A program made the position numbers and the translations under genes. This document shows, piece after piece, positions 49,401-56,859 of a stretch of DNA of 64,000 bases. The DNA is from Macrostomum lignano (lineage: Eukaryota): NCBI GenBank assembly GCA_002269645.1, contig NIVC01002653.1, forward strand, positions 88,771 to 152,770. The letters are read 5' to 3'. Under the pieces are notes generated by a model. The model did not search any database and was not told the DNA's origin. It worked only from the letters and a program-made list of their open reading frames with translations. Each line of letters begins with the position of its first letter. Position 1 is the stretch's first letter.

Positions 49401-52400
49401 TGCCGTTCTCGGAGTGACTCTCACCTCCTCTGCCTGGCGTTCTCGGAGTGACTCTCACCTCATCTGCCTGCCGTTCTTGGAGTGACTCTGACCTCCTCTG
49501 CCTGCCGTTCTTGGAGTGACTCTCACCTCCTCTGCCTGCCGTTCTTGGAGTGCTCTCACCTCATCTGCCTGCCGTTCTTGGAGTGACTCTCACCTCCTCT
49601 GCCTGCCGTTCTTGGAGTGACTCTCACCTCCTCTGCCTGCCGTTCTTGGAGTGACTCTCACCTCCTCTGCCTGCCGTTCGTTCTTGGAGTGCTCTGACCT
49701 CCTCTACCTGCCGTTCTTGGAGTGACTCTCACCTCATCTGCCTGCCGTTCTCGGAGTGACTCTCACCTCCTCTGCCTGCCGTTCTTGGAGTGACTCTCAG
49801 TCTCACCTCATCTGCCTGCCGTTCTCTGAGTGACTCTCACCTCATCTGCCTGCCGTTCTTGGAGTGACTCTCAGTCTCACCTCATCTGCCTGCCGTTCTC
49901 TGAGTGACTCTCACCTCCTCTGCCTGCCGTTCTTGGAGTGACTCTCACCTCCTCTGCCTGCCGTTCTTGGAGTGACTCTCACCTCCTCTGCCTGCCGTTC
50001 TTGGAGTGCTCTCACCTCATCTGCCTGCCGTTCTTGGAGTGACTCTCACCTCCTCTGCCTGCCGTTCTTGGAGTGACTCTCACCTCCTCTGCCTGCCGTT
50101 CTTGGAGTGACTCTCACCTCCTCTGCCTGCCGTTCTTGGAGTGCTCTGACCTCCTCTACCTGCCGTTCTTGGAGTGACTCTCACCTCATCTGCCTGCCGT
50201 TCTCGGAGTGACTCTCACCTCCTCTGCCTGCCGTTCTTGGAGTGACTCTCAGTCTCACCTCATCTGCCTGCCGTTCTCTGAGTGACTCTCACCTCATCTG
50301 CCTGCCGTTCTTGGAGTGACTCTCAGTCTCACCTCATCTGCCTGCCGTTCTCTGAGTGACTCTCACCTCCTCTGCCTGCCGTTCTTGGAGTGACTCTCAC
50401 CTCATCTGCCTGCCGTTCTTGGAGTGACTCTCACCTCATCTGCCTGCCGTTCTCTGAGTGACTCTCACCTCATCTGCCTGCCGTTCTTGGAGTGACTCTC
50501 ACCTCATCTGCCTGCCGTTTTCTGAGTGACTCTCACCTCATCTGCCTGCCGTTCTCTGAGTGACTCTCACCTCATCTGCCTGCCGTTCTCTGAGTGACTC
50601 TCATCCTCTATTTTCCCTGTGTCCCTCACCTTCCCATTAATTTCTCACCCGCTGATTCCATCTAAACCAACATGAGGTGATATGTGATGTGATATCTGAC
50701 TGAAATTTCATTTGATGGCATAAATGTATATTCAAGTAAACATATTTTTCCTTTGCTGAATCCTCTCTCAGTTTTCTCCCATATGCCTGTTTGCCTTTGT
50801 CACCGACTCTGGGGGACAATGCCCAGAACTCCTGAAGTCTACCGTGATGCAGTTGGCAGCAGCAGTTTCCCCCGACCTCATCTCCCCCTCCTGTTCTCAG
50901 CCTTCAGTCTGCCACTGTGTGACTGACTGCCAGCCCCAATTCTCTATAGTTATCTTCCTAGCCGTTTCTCCCCTCGCCTCTCGGCTTCCCCTCAGTCCCT
51001 CATCCTCGCTGCTGTCTGTATCCCAATGCCAGCTCCCATACCAGTTCGGATGAGGTACTAAGGGAGGCTGACTCAACGTTCTTCTATTCTCACTCACTGG
51101 CTTGTTGTCTAAGCAATCTTATAGCTTGGCATTTTGCGGCCAACCCGGTGGTTGTGCCGGTGCCTGTGCTTGCCTTTGCTGAATCTGCTATTTAACCATT
51201 TTTACCAATCATCACACCTGGGCCCTTAATACGCGTTAAGGAACATTTGCTTTTGCAAAAAAATTTTGAAACATGCAAGCTATTTAGCAAGAGAGAGTCT
51301 GCAACACGATCTGCCCGACAGACTACAGATGAAGCGCAAAAGGAGGAGGCTGAGAGACGAAGGCTAGGGGGAGGAACTGCAGCAGCAGCATCAAGCCATT
51401 AGTTGCCCAGAGCAGAAGGGTAGGGAGGGGAGGAAGGAGGCAAACGTGAGGCACGGAGGTGGCAAAAAGGCCAAACGAGGGGCTTCAGCTCAGGCTGCAT
51501 AAGAGAGCGCTGAGCAGCCACCCGCCTCAGGTTGTCCGGAACAGGCTTCTAGCTGGGACTGCTGCACTATTGCACATTTTTCTCCTTTAAATTCTATCCC
51601 ATCTTCACCCACCTTGATTACATCGGCGCGAGCTCATCCTCTTGCTCCCTATTATTTCAGTGGTGACATCATCACAGCGGAGCTTTGAGTTCACGAGAAT
51701 GCAGGGGAGACTTCTGGCCTTCTGACACAACCTCTTCTGTCTGCCTCCCATCTCTCACCCTCTACCATCCCATCTCTCACCCTCTACCTTCCCATCTCTC
51801 ACCCTCTACCCTCCCATCTCTCACCCTCTACCATCCCATCTCTCACCCTCTACCCTCCCATCTCTCACCCTCTACCCTCCCATCTCTCACCCTCTACCAT
51901 CCCATCTCTCACCCTCTACCCTCCCATCTCTCACCCTCTACCCTCCCATCTCTCACCCTCTACCCTCTACCCTCTCATCTCTCACCCTCTACCATCCCAT
52001 CTCTCACCCTCTACCATCCCATCTCTCACCCTCTACCATCCCATCTCTCACCTCTACCCTCCCATCTCTCACCTTCTACCCTCTCATCTCTCACCCTCTA
52101 CCATCCCATCTCTCACCCCAATCCACCCATCTCTTATCTTCTATCCTTCCTAATCTCTCAGCCTCTCTCATTCCATATCCCTATTCATTAAATGATGATG
52201 CTTAACGCTAAGCTGCAGCCCAAAGTCTAGACTTGACTTTGTTGCCAGTTTCCTCTTCATAACCTTGGGCCCCTCAGAGAAGGAAATTAGCGAAGCGGAA
52301 CCGAGATAGACTCTCGAATGCGAGTTCAGTCGGGTTGCCAATTTTGTTGCCAAGTACAGGTAGGGCGTCGCAACAACACTGCTGAAGCAGCCACTCAGCC

Positions 52401-54379
52401 TCTCAGCTTCCTTATCCTCGGTCTAATACCCCCCCCCCCCGAATTCCTCAATCTCTCACGATGGGCTCAATTCCATGTGCAGAACGATTTTTCAAATCAA
52501 TTAAAAGCAGTTGCCCCGTTGTGGGCAAATGAGGAAGTACAGTAGGGACTGATCCCTTCTCCCAGCCTGTCTGGCCTCTTTCCAAGTGCCTGGTTCTGAA
52601 CTGAAAGAGGCCCAGTAGTGAACCCCCCCCCTCATATAACACTCAGCTAACGTAGAGGTTTGATCCCGGAAATCAAGAATATGATAAGACGTCCTATCCC
52701 AAAGCCTTCCTATATATATCGCCGACTGAGGACTACGTAGAAGCGAAAAATTATGAAATTAAATCCATTCTTGCAGACTCCTTCTGCATGGAGAGATTGC
52801 CGCAGAAATGAAAGAAAATTGAAATTCCCAATCAACCCCATTCAGAAGCTACGAAATTGGAATTGAACGAAAGCTTTGCAGAATTTTCATTTCCTTCAAA
52901 TCTCGAGGTTTGCCTGTCCGACTGCTGACAACCTTCTAATGGTTAATTGCAGAAGCTGCTGCCCACTTGGTTGAGCGGATTGTATTGGGAGGAAAACTCA
53001 CATAGGATAACAGTCAGAACAACACGCACAGGGAGGCTATCGGGATGCAAGGTCCCCCCCCTCATTTCTCAAACGGAAGGCACAAGTGGAATCACAAGTT
53101 GACAAGTGGACAAGGTCGGCATGTAGAAGAACGTATTTTTAAGACATAAAACAGTTGCGAGAACACGAAGGGAACTCAGAGGAATAAAAACTGGGCATTT
53201 TTCCCAAGCCAACTCAGACCTCACGACCCCACGGTAATGGAGTGGAATTCGATGTGACAGTCAGCCACCAGTCCCAAACCTGCTCGCTGCAGCTCTGGGT
53301 CAGAGAGCATCCTTTTGCCTCGTCCCTCCCTGCTCCCCCATCCCCTTGGGCTCAGCCCGACTCCATGAGGCGAAGACAAAGGCCTCAGCTCAGCCTCTCT
53401 CAGGCGGATGCGTTCTGCTGTTGCTGCTCCTGCACTATTGCTCTATGGCAGCGGTTCTCGCCAACCAATAAGTCAAATTGGGACAACCGACCCACACTGC
53501 GTCTCGTGCCACCTCTCTCAGTCTCACCCTCCCAGCCGTGTGCCATGCGGTTTGCTAAAATTTGAATGCCTCCAGCACTCACTGCTTGACCAATGCTTTG
53601 GCATTTGACCCCAGTGCCCCAGTGATCATTCCAAGAATAATCACTTTTTTTCCCGCAAAATCCCAAACGAACTTTTCTGCCGTTCCCTGCTATGAGGAAG
53701 GATTTTAATTGAAAAGTGCATCGAGGAAAGAACTCGGAGAGTGGTGCAGGGGAAGGGGTAGATAGATGAGCAGCGCCGGGCAGCTCTTAATTGAATTGGG
53801 ATTTTTGTCCAGTTCTCTGCGCGGTTGAAAACGATGAAAAATTATTTGGGCTGCTGCCGCAAAACAATGCCCTCGCTTCCTTAATCACAAAACACTTGAC
53901 CCATCAGGCAGGAGGCAGATCAGTTCAGCGGATAACGCACCCGACTCTTGCGACACCGTACCCAAATTCGATTCCGTGCGGGTCCACTGTGGTCTTGGAT
54001 TTGCGGCAGTGCTTAAAGCCCATACAAACTTTACAGTCAAACTTGCTCACCGACTGAACTAAGCTGCCTTAATCTCTTTGAGATGGCAAACCAACATGAA
54101 TGGCCTAAAATCATATCTACCTACCAAATAGCCAAATAGCCCTATTTGTAACAAAAATGCAATCAAACAAGCTAAAAAAACAAGACAGAAAGGATATGGC
54201 CATGTGATGGCTCGAAGGCACCACGATCTGACCGGATGTCGCTGGTGCAGGAATCTCAAGACCACCGGATAGAAGCCCTGGTACAGCAGCTCCCCTTCGG
54301 CTGTCACTTCGACTTCCGGTGGATGCTTGTCAGGCGTCTTTGACTGACGCTGCTGCTGGCCTTCTGCTGTCTCGCTCAT
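13358..54379 (-). CDS. CACNA1G/H/I (Cav3): T-type (low-voltage-activated) calcium channel alpha1 subunit Cav3, multi-exon gene span from ATG to first in-frame stop
   Basis: Four S1-S6 domains reconstructed from exons. Pore residues SLESW (I), TQEDW (II), SKDGW (III), TGDNW (IV) give the EEDD filter. S4 motifs such as [14 protein letters not shown] and [10 protein letters not shown]. Cav3-specific gating brake (PGSCYSQI) and [11 protein letters not shown] motif. Exon phases chain correctly. Confidence 0.97.
13497..13800. repeat. Degenerate 12-13-bp repeat (GTGTCGGTAATA)
   Basis: Seen directly. Confidence 0.8.
13836..13955 (-). CDS. Cav3 proximal C-terminus exon ([23 protein letters not shown]…)
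   Basis: ESHK motif typical of invertebrate Cav3; GTGAGT donor. Confidence 0.9.
14015..14525. repeat. 20-bp minisatellite (CCCCACTCTACCCTACAACA)
   Basis: Seen directly. Confidence 0.95.
14561..14838 (-). CDS. Cav3 domain IV pore and IVS6 exon ([17 protein letters not shown]…ATGDNWNG…VAVLMKHLE)
   Basis: Pore aspartate; AG/GT. Confidence 0.96.
16013..17390 (-). pseudogene. BEL/Pao RNase H plus C-terminal tail; integrase core missing
   Basis: [25 protein letters not shown] and NPADLLSRG motifs; PIILPK is joined directly to LDLKPGDVV. Confidence 0.9.
17371..20610 (-). CDS. BEL/Pao gag-protease-RT polyprotein (1079 aa)
   Basis: EIPTFYGD gag segment, three Cys-His knuckles, LLDDAS protease, KVRIVFDAS and YMDD RT motifs. 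Confidence 0.95.
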   Translation of the reverse strand: MSDDEKQKQAPEPDVASLNALRRQKTKFKSALTKNRNKLAWLLQDGSDKSEIQHQCEAVTEIFEGTIEALYELSDELQRNNSDAAQHSRLLDEIETVEEDYRVSMREVQRFLATQQSPSAAAQVPQETAAASAAEPAAESAAATAQSLGAVNLDRQIGFSVAEPDFMRGQRQQRPYRDLGEFGYLPSSNQHAGFEMRADDRTSSSESVDECRLGNSSEQELSKDLWKMLRRVEIPTFYGDKQQYEAWKAAFMACIDRAPATPEFKLLQLRQYLRGSALKVIEHLGHSAAAYQAAKERLEREYGGKRRQLAHYLEELDSFPPVKQNSAEELKKFANILDVAVINLEEAGKNSELSDGLLYARLQKKLPEPMVAAFRRWIFEKAKAEGVRTLREWVLREAEFRTEAAEIVYGVAASSQEQPRKDSKQKAFHVAQLSKSSSKGSYSCVVCKEAHDLWKCPAFGKLSSENRWKAAQEAKACFRCLGHGHTGMNCRRCRKCGVDGCTKSHHRLLHSTARSESKEKSEVKAGAEQEMQSKPKAATVTMVAREASAVSLRTVPVILKANRRAVKVNALLDDASTKTYLNTAIASKLGLHGKQESMQVNVLNGQVETFITAPVSCTLESTDGQISKEITALTVDRVTGNMEVVDWQELASKWSHLANIPFPRMQTPAEVDLLIGVDHPDLHASQLEVTGNPGDPQARLTPLGWTCIGRVDGASEHALFANTFFSRGGSENLAPLLRQFWEVEEVRSIEPSSFTNAEQLALERTRSSLKFVDGRYQVGIPWKPDVTFNDSNFEMAIRRLANTEKRLRKDPDLAKQYQDVISRYENVGYIRRVLEHEQQPANMYHLPHFPVVRMDKATTKVRIVFDASAGGEESLNSLMLAGPKLQKDLVDVLLRSRRHPVAVACDISEMYLQIAIAPEDRAAHSFLWRDMDPTKVPQTFEFNRGVFGATSSPFLAQFVTQEHAKKLKQEFPSAAETVLQSTYMDDCLDSKKTDSEAIQLYQELSQLWERAGMHARKWISNSRALLACVAPEDRVAEVSLDGQPLPVSKTLGVVWKSEDDEFTFVADSELRPVKSKRIC
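20655..20672 (-). promoter_or_regulatory. BEL primer-binding site, complementary to initiator tRNA-Met type 3' end
   Basis: TGGTAGCAGAGCGTGGTT 2 nt inside the 5' LTR. Confidence 0.8.
21129..22005 (-). pseudogene. gypsy integrase core in a shifted frame
   Basis: [19 protein letters not shown] and [12 protein letters not shown] motifs lie in a different frame from the upstream ORF; stop codon falls in the first bases of the LTR. Confidence 0.9.
21980..24991 (-). CDS. gypsy gag-protease-RT-RNaseH-integrase N-terminus polyprotein (1003 aa), frameshifted in integrase
   Basis: Two CCHC knuckles, IDTGAEVS protease, YQDD RT, TDAS/TDHRPL RNase H, HHCC zinc finger. Confidence 0.95.
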   Translation of the reverse strand: MASQAGEIRSQELNLNDPELAEAWMQQLSATARIKKLTDTDEARDKTDLFLSKAGLQAIRTLSLMAAPKKLEALKFSEIETLVTATIRPKKRLVIAERTRFLSLKQEPGESISTYYRRLRAAAALCEFEELGAKQSKENDLIAMRLIDGLASAEHKKRILEQLQGEEKLLDDILQNLQQLEQIQQYNKGTTNTASSGAPVPLEIAFAGQPRTAGAAAKSSGAAGKGRCYYCGTTHPKGSCPAFGQRCTKCKRKNHFAAVCRSREVHLTQEESTSDRENQDQEPADIFVVAPGRSNGLFHEAKINGRTLPMQIDTGAEVSLLPQNLWVKLGRPSLKRCRRTLRQYDGSSISCLGEFTASLETDTNFVTLDLIVTEASKPHGLLGMDVIKLQGDAITINAVGQLGCLKNFKAKIRLVDGAKPFYCAARPVPIHLRDRVNEELKRMEAEQIIEPVPAGGSQWASPIVSVLKPNGKVRVCADFKAGVNHQVCNDTYPMPEMETMSHFSKIDLSDAYLQIELDEDSREITTIATPLGLYRYKRLVPGLKSASSIFQKATESVLTDITGKIVYQDDILLGGKSDSEIDSKVKNVIATLKKAGMSINLEKSTLKAREVSFLGYRVSERGISPDPNLADRIRAVKTPEDKKQLESFLGLANFFGRFVRNYSQIIEPLNRLRTKNAKFSWKTDQTQAFERIKAILSSAPVLQPYDKTKETTLTTDASERAIAAVLTQNGHPVIYLSRRLSSTESRYSNIEREALAIVWAMERAKQFLLGARFTLRTDHRPLEFLFGARRQLPKVANARLLRWAIKLMAFDFDTIYTRGEHIPHADALSRLDCNGELSESEPAALEGLVHWAGGPVIPWEELQAETQRDRLLQDIAERVASSRWSGCSPAERPYKSVRHALVIDDGILCYGDRPVIPATLRQRVLDQVHNDSHQGTMATRALIRNSAWWPGYCTDVERHVRNCPTCTRIRPSGTPTVHQWPKEDEPWHRVHMDHATRLDWCSF
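24975..24990 (-). promoter_or_regulatory. gypsy primer-binding site (tRNA-Ser-like), overlapping the gag start codon
   Basis: TGGCGTCGCAAGCAGG 1 nt after the LTR end; tRNA identity is inferred. Confidence 0.65.
25439..25588 (-). CDS. Cav3 IVS5 exon ([50 protein letters not shown])
   Basis: Homology, AG/GTGAGT. Confidence 0.96.
25677..25935 (-). mobile_element. SINE family A copy with internal deletion
   Basis: Shares GTGCACCCTGGCGCACTT…TTTATCGTTAGGCATGTACAC…GGAATCGAGCC. Confidence 0.85.
25940..26345. repeat. 16-bp minisatellite (GGGATGGCGCCGTTTT)
   Basis: Seen directly. Confidence 0.93.
26435..26675 (-). CDS. Cav3 IVS2-S4 exon (…[13 protein letters not shown]…[16 protein letters not shown])
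   Basis: Homology, AG/GTGAG. Confidence 0.96.
26745..27150. repeat. 16-bp AT-rich minisatellite (TAATAAAGTACAAATG)
   Basis: Seen directly. Confidence 0.9.
27323..27474 (-). CDS. Cav3 IVS1 exon ([14 protein letters not shown]…[26 protein letters not shown])
   Basis: Homology, AG/GT. Confidence 0.95.
27553..28103. repeat. 44-bp minisatellite (TTAGGACTATGGTTTGGGATTTGAATGCTGGGGCTTTGGGACCC)
   Basis: ~12 copies. Confidence 0.95.
28317..28599 (-). CDS. Cav3 domain III pore, IIIS6 and III-IV linker ([14 protein letters not shown]…RRMEKKKR)
   Basis: Pore aspartate; AAG acceptor directly after a 9-bp repeat array. Confidence 0.96.
28601..28985. repeat. 9-bp repeat (GAGTTGGTT)n
   Basis: Seen directly. 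Confidence 0.95.
29142..29651 (-). CDS. Cav3 IIIS2-S5 and turret exon (…[25 protein letters not shown]…YNFDNLGQ)
   Basis: ORF 29097-29594; AG/GT. Confidence 0.96.
29690..30658. repeat. 22-23-bp minisatellite (CTCAATCTGAGAGATCCCGATC)
   Basis: ~43 copies. Confidence 0.95.
30690..30813 (-). CDS. Cav3 IIIS1 exon ([34 protein letters not shown])
   Basis: Homology, AG/GTGAG. Confidence 0.95.
30928..31270. repeat. 29-bp minisatellite (ATGAAACACCCACCTCACTCCAATCTCTY)
   Basis: Seen directly. Confidence 0.93.
31319..31392 (-). CDS. Cav3 pre-IIIS1 exon ([25 protein letters not shown])
   Basis: Matches the RExYSLYxFxPxN motif; TTTCAG acceptor, GTGAGT donor. Confidence 0.88.
31472..31837 (-). CDS. Cav3 II-III linker exon (NERSSLQ…AICNG…SSDELAL)
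   Basis: CCCAG acceptor, GTGAGC donor, 122 open codons, phase 0-0. Confidence 0.7.
31935..32215 (-). CDS. Cav3 II-III linker exon with polyQ and [11 protein letters not shown] motif
   Basis: Motif matches the Cav3 PIIxHTAATP motif; GTAAGC donor. Confidence 0.85.
32420..32690 (-). mobile_element. SINE family B copy
   Basis: B box GGTTCGATTCC plus the same central domain, reverse orientation. Confidence 0.8.
32730..32989 (-). CDS. Cav3 II-III linker exon (…[11 protein letters not shown]…ASGNNPPGK); 5' boundary uncertain (32989, 32962, 32959 or 32956)
   Basis: ORF 32710-33012; phase-1 donor G|GTGATC fits the next exon. Confidence 0.6.
33083..33588 (-). CDS. Candidate small exons of the proximal II-III linker (33550-33586/33588, 33330-33428, 33083-33158)
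   Basis: Only AG/GT boundaries and phase compatibility; no recognisable homology. Confidence 0.35.
34136..34291 (-). CDS. Cav3 exon 13, domain II pore and IIS6 (VLTQEDWN...LVEGFSSE)
   Basis: Pore glutamate; AG/GTGAG. Confidence 0.96.
34551..34704 (-). CDS. Cav3 exon 12, domain II turret, five-cysteine (12b-like) form
   Basis: [51 protein letters not shown]. Confidence 0.95.
35230..35415 (-). CDS. Cav3 exon 11, IIS4-S5 ([27 protein letters not shown]...)
   Basis: Homology, AG/GT. Confidence 0.95.
   Translation of the reverse strand, partial: HFRAHPRRQQRIICTAHIPPAPHTQTSQVPASAPPAAVRHDQDHGQRGHILRSVGALHLHF
35654..35805 (-). CDS. Cav3 exon 10, IIS2-S3 ([15 protein letters not shown]...[11 protein letters not shown])
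   Basis: Homology, AG/GT. Confidence 0.93.
35897..36027 (-). CDS. Cav3 exon 9, IIS1 ([31 protein letters not shown])
   Basis: Homology, AG/GT. Confidence 0.93.
36106..36201 (-). CDS. Cav3 exon 8, distal I-II linker, 96 nt, phase 1-1
   Basis: GCAG acceptor, GTTAGT donor, open frame ([15 protein letters not shown]...) joining exons 7 and 9; no strong homology. Confidence 0.65.
36413..36770 (+). mobile_element. SINE family A copy
   Basis: CCCAGGCTCGATTCCAAGTGCAGTCACATTAATTTGGGGCTG… matches the other copies. Confidence 0.85.
36890..37605. repeat. Mosaic repeat block: interstitial (CCCTAA)n tracts plus a ~22-bp CATGACGCTTCCATTATTTTT repeat
   Basis: CCCTAA runs near 36895, 37145-37230 and 37495-37605. 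Confidence 0.75.
38652..39668. repeat. 20-bp minisatellite (CAAGCAGTCCCGCTCACTCT), ~50 copies
   Basis: Seen directly; abuts the exon 7 donor. Confidence 0.97.
39673..40264 (-). CDS. Cav3 exon 7, IS6 plus gating brake and proximal I-II linker
   Basis: [25 protein letters not shown]...[12 protein letters not shown]; GTGAGT donor. Confidence 0.93.
40296..41045. repeat. 21-bp minisatellite (CCCAGTGACTCCCGCTATCTA)
   Basis: Seen directly. Confidence 0.96.
41121..41213 (-). CDS. Cav3 exon 6, domain I pore ([31 protein letters not shown])
   Basis: Pore glutamate; CAG acceptor, GTAAGT donor. Confidence 0.95.
41825..42597. repeat. ~78-79-bp minisatellite, ~10 copies
   Basis: CTGTACACTCTTCCTTCCCCGCGACTCTCTG…GAGTCTGATTGGTTGAAGAAGTTTCGC unit. 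Confidence 0.95.
42646..42967 (-). CDS. Cav3 exon 5, domain I turret (MNLSEYY...[11 protein letters not shown]...[15 protein letters not shown])
   Basis: ORF 42532-42966 trimmed to AG/GT; conserved CVNWNQYY and NFDNIG motifs. Confidence 0.95.
43245..43885. repeat. 22-bp minisatellite (GAGAGTCAGGAGAGACAGCTAT) with 8-bp insertion variants
   Basis: Seen directly. Confidence 0.95.
43940..44111 (-). CDS. Cav3 exon 4, IS5 ([46 protein letters not shown])
   Basis: Near-invariant Cav3 sequence; AG/GT boundaries. Confidence 0.95.
44150..44520. repeat. Degenerate 12-bp repeat (CAGGTATTYARA)
   Basis: Seen directly. Confidence 0.85.
44558..44655 (-). CDS. Cav3 exon 3, IS4 ([32 protein letters not shown])
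   Basis: CAG acceptor, GTGAGC donor, S4 arginine ladder. Confidence 0.95.
44812..45205. repeat. Purine-rich repeat (GAAGGGTCAGAT/GAAGGGAGGAAT)
   Basis: Seen directly. Confidence 0.85.
45620..46392. repeat. 26-bp minisatellite (GTGACAGGCCTTCAAAACACTGAATG)
   Basis: ~29 copies; abuts the exon 2 donor. Confidence 0.96.
46403..46648 (-). CDS. Cav3 exon 2, IS1-IS3 ([25 protein letters not shown]...[10 protein letters not shown])
   Basis: Homology; GTGAGT donor. Confidence 0.95.
46880..47960. repeat. 20-bp minisatellite (GAGATTAGAGACTGGAGGGT), ~50 copies
   Basis: Seen directly. Confidence 0.95.
48540..50605. repeat. 34-bp minisatellite (CTGCCTGCCGTTCTTGGAGTGACTCTCACCTCAT), ~60 copies
   Basis: Seen directly. 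Confidence 0.97.
51745..52130. repeat. Pyrimidine-rich repeat (CCATCTCTCACCCTCTACC)
   Basis: Seen directly. Confidence 0.9.
54198..54379 (-). CDS. Cav3 coding exon 1 (MSETAEG...[11 protein letters not shown])
   Basis: ATG at 54379; ends CC|ATATCCTTT (U12 donor); homologous to the Cav3 N-terminus RSWCL..NP. Confidence 0.9.
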
Positions 54380-55666
54380 CGCTGTTCTTTCTTTCAGAGC
54401 TATCAATAGTTTCGCTTGGCTGCGCTCGCTTCGCGTTGGCAAAAGCGTCGAGGCCAGCTGCCGTGATTCAGCATGTCGCTGCCGTAATGCGTTCGATTGT
54501 TTCAACTGGCTGGTTCTGGCGCCAATTAAATTTCGATAGGAGTTGGGAGAGCGCTTCCAATTGAATCTCTAATTGCTGGGCTAAATAAGAGAGCGGGTTG
54601 GAAGGAAGACAGGTGGGACGAATAAAAAAAATATTTTTCGGTTTGGGTTGGCGGGTTTGGGTTGGTGTGCGGCCGATTCCAGTGAAAATTGTAATGAGGG
54701 AAGGGCTGCAGCTGCAGGCTTGGTATTGGATGCTGCTCACAGCGGGGGTACTGCTGTGTTTGCGCCTGCATGAGGAGGAGAGAGAAAGTGAGTGCACAGC
54801 GAGGCAGCGTTGAGCGCTGGAAGCGGGGAGACACACGGCGGGGAGCGCCTCCTCCTTGGGCCAGCTTCTTCCACAACCGGAGCACTGAGGGCAGGGTGAG
54901 TAGCATTTTTTGCTTCCGCATTTTAAGCCAAGGCTGAGAACAAGAGAAAGAGAGACAGAGGGAGGGGTGGAGAGGAAAGGCACAGAGGTCGGTCTTCAAC
55001 AAGGCTCACAGCGTTCAGCCAATCCCAGCTAACAGATATCTGCGCGAACTAAAACCTTCAATTCCCATTTTCATCCCATGCCCTCGACACTTCTTCCCAA
55101 TGCCCCCCACCGCTGGGCCTGCCGTTTTCCTGTCCTCTCATATTTTTTTGTAGACAGACTGAAGCTAGGCAAGCCAACGGCGCTGTTCTCTCCAATGCCA
55201 ACCGCATAAAAACACACAAACAGATGCGGCAGACAGCCGATTTTCAAAAGGCAGAACAGTTTTAAAGAGGCCAACTGTGAAGAGTTGCAACGGGATAAAA
55301 TGCCTGGCACCAGCTGCTCCAAGAGTTCATCAACGGGCTGGTGATCCGGGGTGCCACGATCCGAGTGACGGCACTTTTGCATGCTCGTGGTTCCTACACA
55401 CGATACTGAAACTGGCATTAAAGACCTTGTTCAATTGGGGGGGGGGGTCTAGATGTTTCTGAGTCATGCTGAAACATGCTGAATTTTATGAACGTTAGCA
55501 TGATTGAACTATCAGTTGTTTCTCTCACGTATCACTAATGAATACGAAAGATTGACAGCAAATCTATAAATTTGTTTTCGTCATATAGTTTTTCAATCTT
55601 TTGTCTCGTCTTTGAAAAATCGACACTAATTAGCAGTCTTAGAAAACTCTGCGTATGCGTACAGAG

Positions 55667-55990
55667 GGGACCGTAGCCCAGTAGTCTAGCGCAGGCTCTG
55701 GTGTGCCAGCGGCCCAGGCTCGATTCCAAGTGCAGTCACATTAATTTGGGGCTGAATTGGAGTCTCGGCTTGGCTCTGCTCATGCAATTAACGCCCCTTG
55801 AGAGACAATCCACAAGGCACAGTGAAGTGTACATGCCTAACGATAAATAAAGTTAGGGCCGCTGTACACTCCTGTGTGAGTGTGTGCCTGCGTACGTATC
55901 CTCGCGCTTGCGTGCCTGCTCAGGGGAGTCGGCGGAATGGGGAGCACTGCCTCTCGCCGGTTGTTCGACCATGTCGCTTAAAGTGCACAC
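55667..55990 (+). mobile_element. SINE family A copy
   Basis: GGGGACCGTAGCCCAGT head, B box, same body. Confidence 0.85.
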
Positions 55991-56091
55991 AGCCTCCCAG
56001 AGATATCGAAGTGCAAAAACAACCTAACAAAGAACGCAAGGACTATACTGGACATTTATAAGTCTGTCTATCTCGTATCTCCGTCTGTCTC

Positions 56092-56700
56092 CCAGGGCAC
56101 GCTGGTTTCCTCGGCAACGAGTGCGCTGACCTGCTGGCCAAGTCTGGCGCGCTTTTGGGGCCGGGCCCAGGGGCCCCATCCCCGTCTCGGTGATCAACTC
56201 CCACGTCAAGCGCTGGGCAGACTCCCATGCAGCATCTGCGCAGATGGCACGACACTCGGAATTGCAGGCAATCCCGTGCTGCCGTTCCCTGCCCCTCCTC
56301 TCTCCTGCTGGATCTCCTGGATCTTAGAGCAGTCAGCAAGGCCCTCTCCAGGCACGGCTGCTTCTCTTGCCACCACTTCCTTCAGTGCCACTGCTGAGAA
56401 CTTTATCTGTCACTACCCGGTTTTCACTCACCTCGGGCCAAACCCGGTTCTCTTCGACGTTTCCAAGCCCGAGAGCATCCCGCTGCTCGCCCGGTACCTC
56501 AGGGGACACAGGACGAGTTGAGTTCTTCCCCACCGCCGGTGAGAAGGACCGCGCTGCAGGCGAGACCGCACGGGTCCCCTGAGCGAAATCACTTCGTTGG
56601 AAGTCTTTGGTCGCCCAGCTGGGGCTAGCGGAATGAGTGGTCTCCTCCGCCTCTTTGCTGCATCCGCTGCTCGGTGCCCCCTACAGCTAAGTCAAGTATG
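56092..56700 (+). mobile_element. 5'-truncated non-LTR retrotransposon remnant with RNase H C-terminus and C-terminal Cys-His motif (I/R1/Loa-type)
   Basis: PGHAGFLGNECADLLAKSG (RNase H end); ATAENFICHYP (degenerate ET.EH..C.CP); possible TSD GTCTGTCTC. Confidence 0.72.
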
Positions 56701-56859
56701 TCTGTCTCGTATTCGATACGATCGTAGATTTGTAAACTTGTGTAGACTCGCTTAGGAATAAATCATGTGAGTACTTCAGCCTTAACTTCTGCCTCTGAGT
56801 CTATAAGGCGAGTAGTACATATCAGGATAATTATTAATAATATTAATGATAATAATAAT

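Larger units (their letters stand above)
46649..54197 (-). other. U12-type (minor spliceosome) AT-AC intron 1 of Cav3, 7549 nt
   Basis: 5' ATATCCTTTC at 54197; branch site TTCCTTAAC at 46690-46682; terminal AC at 46650-46649. Joining gives W-P-W-F-E, matching Cav3 NPWFE. Confidence 0.93.

Noticed and set aside
27553-50605. CRISPR-like regular arrays
   Set aside because: Units are head-to-tail with no unique spacers, no cas genes, and the context is eukaryotic.
54403-54474. 23-codon upstream ORF before the Cav3 ATG
   Set aside because: The TSS and 5' UTR splicing are unknown, so it cannot be shown to lie in the mRNA.
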